Assembly (NCBI GenBank): GCA_905178155.1
Contig: CAJINV010000002.1
Coordinates: forward strand, 4,035,838-4,099,837
Length of the DNA stretch: 64,000 bases
DNA from: Amoebophrya sp. A120
Taxonomy: Eukaryota; Protista; Dinoflagellata
Direction of reading: 5' to 3'
Shown: piece after piece, positions 62,182-64,000 of the stretch
How the letters are laid out: each line of letters begins with the position of its first letter
Numbering within the stretch: position 1 is the first letter of the stretch
Translations under genes and position numbers: made by a program
The notes under the pieces: model-generated
Told to the model about the DNA's origin: nothing
The model's input: the letters and a program-made list of their open reading frames with translations, nothing else
Database searches by the model: none

Positions 62182-64000
62182 ATGTTTCTGTTGCGTGGAC
62201 CACCGCTTGCAGCACTACATGCAAAGAAGAAGAACCACCACCGCCTTAGGCTGGTCGTCGTGATGTCCTTGTTTTATTTCTCTATCGTTCACAATTTTAT
62301 CGCATTTTTTTCAATTTTTCCTTCAAGATGGCAGAAGTTCTTGTTGGTACAGCAGCACGACGAGGCACAACGAGACAACAACAGCACGACAAAATTCTTA
62401 AGAGCTCACATTGCTCTTCTCTCTGCTTCGCCTTATTTCGTCCAAGCGACGCGGATGCTTCCGGGTCGCGGCCGCAGAATGCCTGGCGGCGCTTCCAGTC
62501 GCTACGCGGTCCTTATCGAAGACGGGAATAAACATCGAGACACCAAACAAAATACGGCCGAAAATTTTTCGCCACACCACAAGGGAGCGGCAGGAGGTGT
62601 TGGCGCGGGGAGTTCTGTGATTGCAAAGCAGCAAGACAAAACACTGAGCGGCGCGGCGTCCTCGTCGGTTCAACATCAAGGGGGAAACAAGGAAGTGCAA
62701 GATCTTGCTGCCCCCGCTACTTCTACATCGGGATCATCGGCAGCTACAGACCAGCATTCTGCTGAGCGTCGGTGGAGTAGTTCTGCGACATCAACATACA
62801 TACCCTCGGGCATGGCGGTAATGAGCCGCAACAGGCTCCGCCTGGATCTCGCAAGCCTGCGGTCCTCTTCTTCAGACCCCGTGCAGCAGACCGCCCCGGG
62901 GATGACTGCTAGAGCGGATAGTATTCAGCCGAGCGGGACAACAGGGACTTCAAGTAGCAGGTTGTTGTCAGCAGCACCTCCGAACAACGACAAAACGGCT
63001 AGAACGCACCTCCAGGAACCTCCCCCGGTTTCACCAGGCCGCTCTACTCGGTCTTTCACGACGGGTGGCAGCACGAGAACGCCGGGGGGAAGTTCATTTG
63101 CTACTTCTTCAACCAGAGCATCTTCCCCCGGCGGTTTAACTTGCGTCATGTCGAGTCGAACACCACGGCAGGACCTTCGAACTCCGCTCTCAACTACCCG
63201 AAGCAAGATGAGATCAGATCATGTTCAGCAACTAGTAGAGCAGACCGCAATTGTTATCCCATCTCCCCCGCCAGCGCCACGACCATTACCGCTGACAGCA
63301 AGTCTCCGTCCCCCGGTCGGCACGCCTCCAGCGACTCAGGGGCTAGCGTCTTCGTTTCGCGGTACAACTACTGGGAAGATCGTGAACAACGATGAGAGCG
63401 AAATCGCCTACAGCTGCAAAGCACGCGCTGATGTTCCAGCACAACAAGGTCCACGGAGTGTACAACTACGTGACGTCGTTGGTGAAAGAACCATTGCCAG
63501 TGTGGGAAATATGGGGGCAAGTTCATCTTCTAGTACTAGCACTTCTGGTCCTGGCGCGTCATCTATGTCCGGAATTACCCCTACAGCTGAATGTGGACCA
63601 CGAACTCTTGAACCTGGTCAACAACAGAACAACACGCACATTATTCCTGCTCCCCGCACCAGCTCTTTCATGCCGACTTTCACACAACTCGACGACCTGC
63701 TCAACGAAAGAGCGCACAGTGCAGGTAGCTCATCGTCCTCTGCGAGTGGGGGTATTGGTTCATCATCTTGCGGCGCAACTACTCCCGGTCAGCTGCTGCA
63801 CGACCCGGAGCTGCAGGACTACAACCAGCAGGTGGCTCCTGTGTACCGTACTGAGGGGAAGGACGAATGGCCACGAGACGATCTTCCGGTAGAAAATCCT
63901 CCTGCTCGGGTAGTAAACAAGAACTCGACGCTTTTCGCCTCGCGGTTAAAGCCCTCGGACCGAATTCAGCTGGAGCAAAGCGCGCTGGCGGAATTATCCA
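62182..64000 (+). CDS. Hypothetical Ser/Pro/Thr-rich protein with N-terminal hydrophobic segment, runs off the window
   Basis: Frame open from ATG 62182 (MFLLRGPPLAALH...LVVVMSLFYFSIVHNFIAFFSIF) to the window end (>600 codons); missing from the ORF track, presumably because it has no stop. Confidence 0.7.
   Translation, partial: MFLLRGPPLAALHAKKKNHHRLRLVVVMSLFYFSIVHNFIAFFSIFPSRWQKFLLVQQHDEAQRDNNSTTKFLRAHIALLSASPYFVQATRMLPGRGRRMPGGASSRYAVLIEDGNKHRDTKQNTAENFSPHHKGAAGGVGAGSSVIAKQQDKTLSGAASSSVQHQGGNKEVQDLAAPATSTSGSSAATDQHSAERRWSSSATSTYIPSGMAVMSRNRLRLDLASLRSSSSDPVQQTAPGMTARADSIQPSGTTGTSSSRLLSAAPPNNDKTARTHLQEPPPVSPGRSTRSFTTGGSTRTPGGSSFATSSTRASSPGGLTCVMSSRTPRQDLRTPLSTTRSKMRSDHVQQLVEQTAIVIPSPPPAPRPLPLTASLRPPVGTPPATQGLASSFRGTTTGKIVNNDESEIAYSCKARADVPAQQGPRSVQLRDVVGERTIASVGNMGASSSSSTSTSGPGASSMSGITPTAECGPRTLEPGQQQNNTHIIPAPRTSSFMPTFTQLDDLLNERAHSAGSSSSSASGGIGSSSCGATTPGQLLHDPELQDYNQQVAPVYRTEGKDEWPRDDLPVENPPARVVNKNSTLFASRLKPSDRIQLEQSALAELS

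Overview
Eukaryotic genomic DNA, most likely a Syndiniales dinoflagellate such as Amoebophrya. This is inferred from the intron-like elements and a dinoflagellate spliced-leader relic, not from a marker gene. All recognisable genes lie on the + strand: three tandem Ala/Thr-rich secreted or surface-protein paralogs, a ~1400-aa membrane RING-HC protein with a rearranged chimeric paralog, a GT92-like glycosyltransferase and several orphan low-complexity proteins. The ORF track looks fragmented because the coding exons are interrupted by 49 complete (plus several partial) 134-520 bp MITE-like inserts from at least 8 sequence families. These share one grammar: TAT...ATA termini (rare TAC, ACA, AGA), terminal inverted repeats (TIRs), a 5-bp target-site duplication (TSD; 25 perfect, 14 at 4/5), arrays of TGTNATGC/GCATNACA motifs, and no GT-AG ends. 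Removing each element plus one TSD restores the reading frame in all 49 cases, and members of one family occur in both orientations within the same gene. They therefore behave as orientation-independent non-canonical introns (introners), alongside a few ordinary GT-AG introns. Intergenic DNA instead carries 0.9-2.1 kb inserts flanked by unusually long (18-56 bp) direct repeats, one starting with a spliced-leader relic; a similar 75-bp-flanked insert splits one gene. All coordinates and counts were read by hand.
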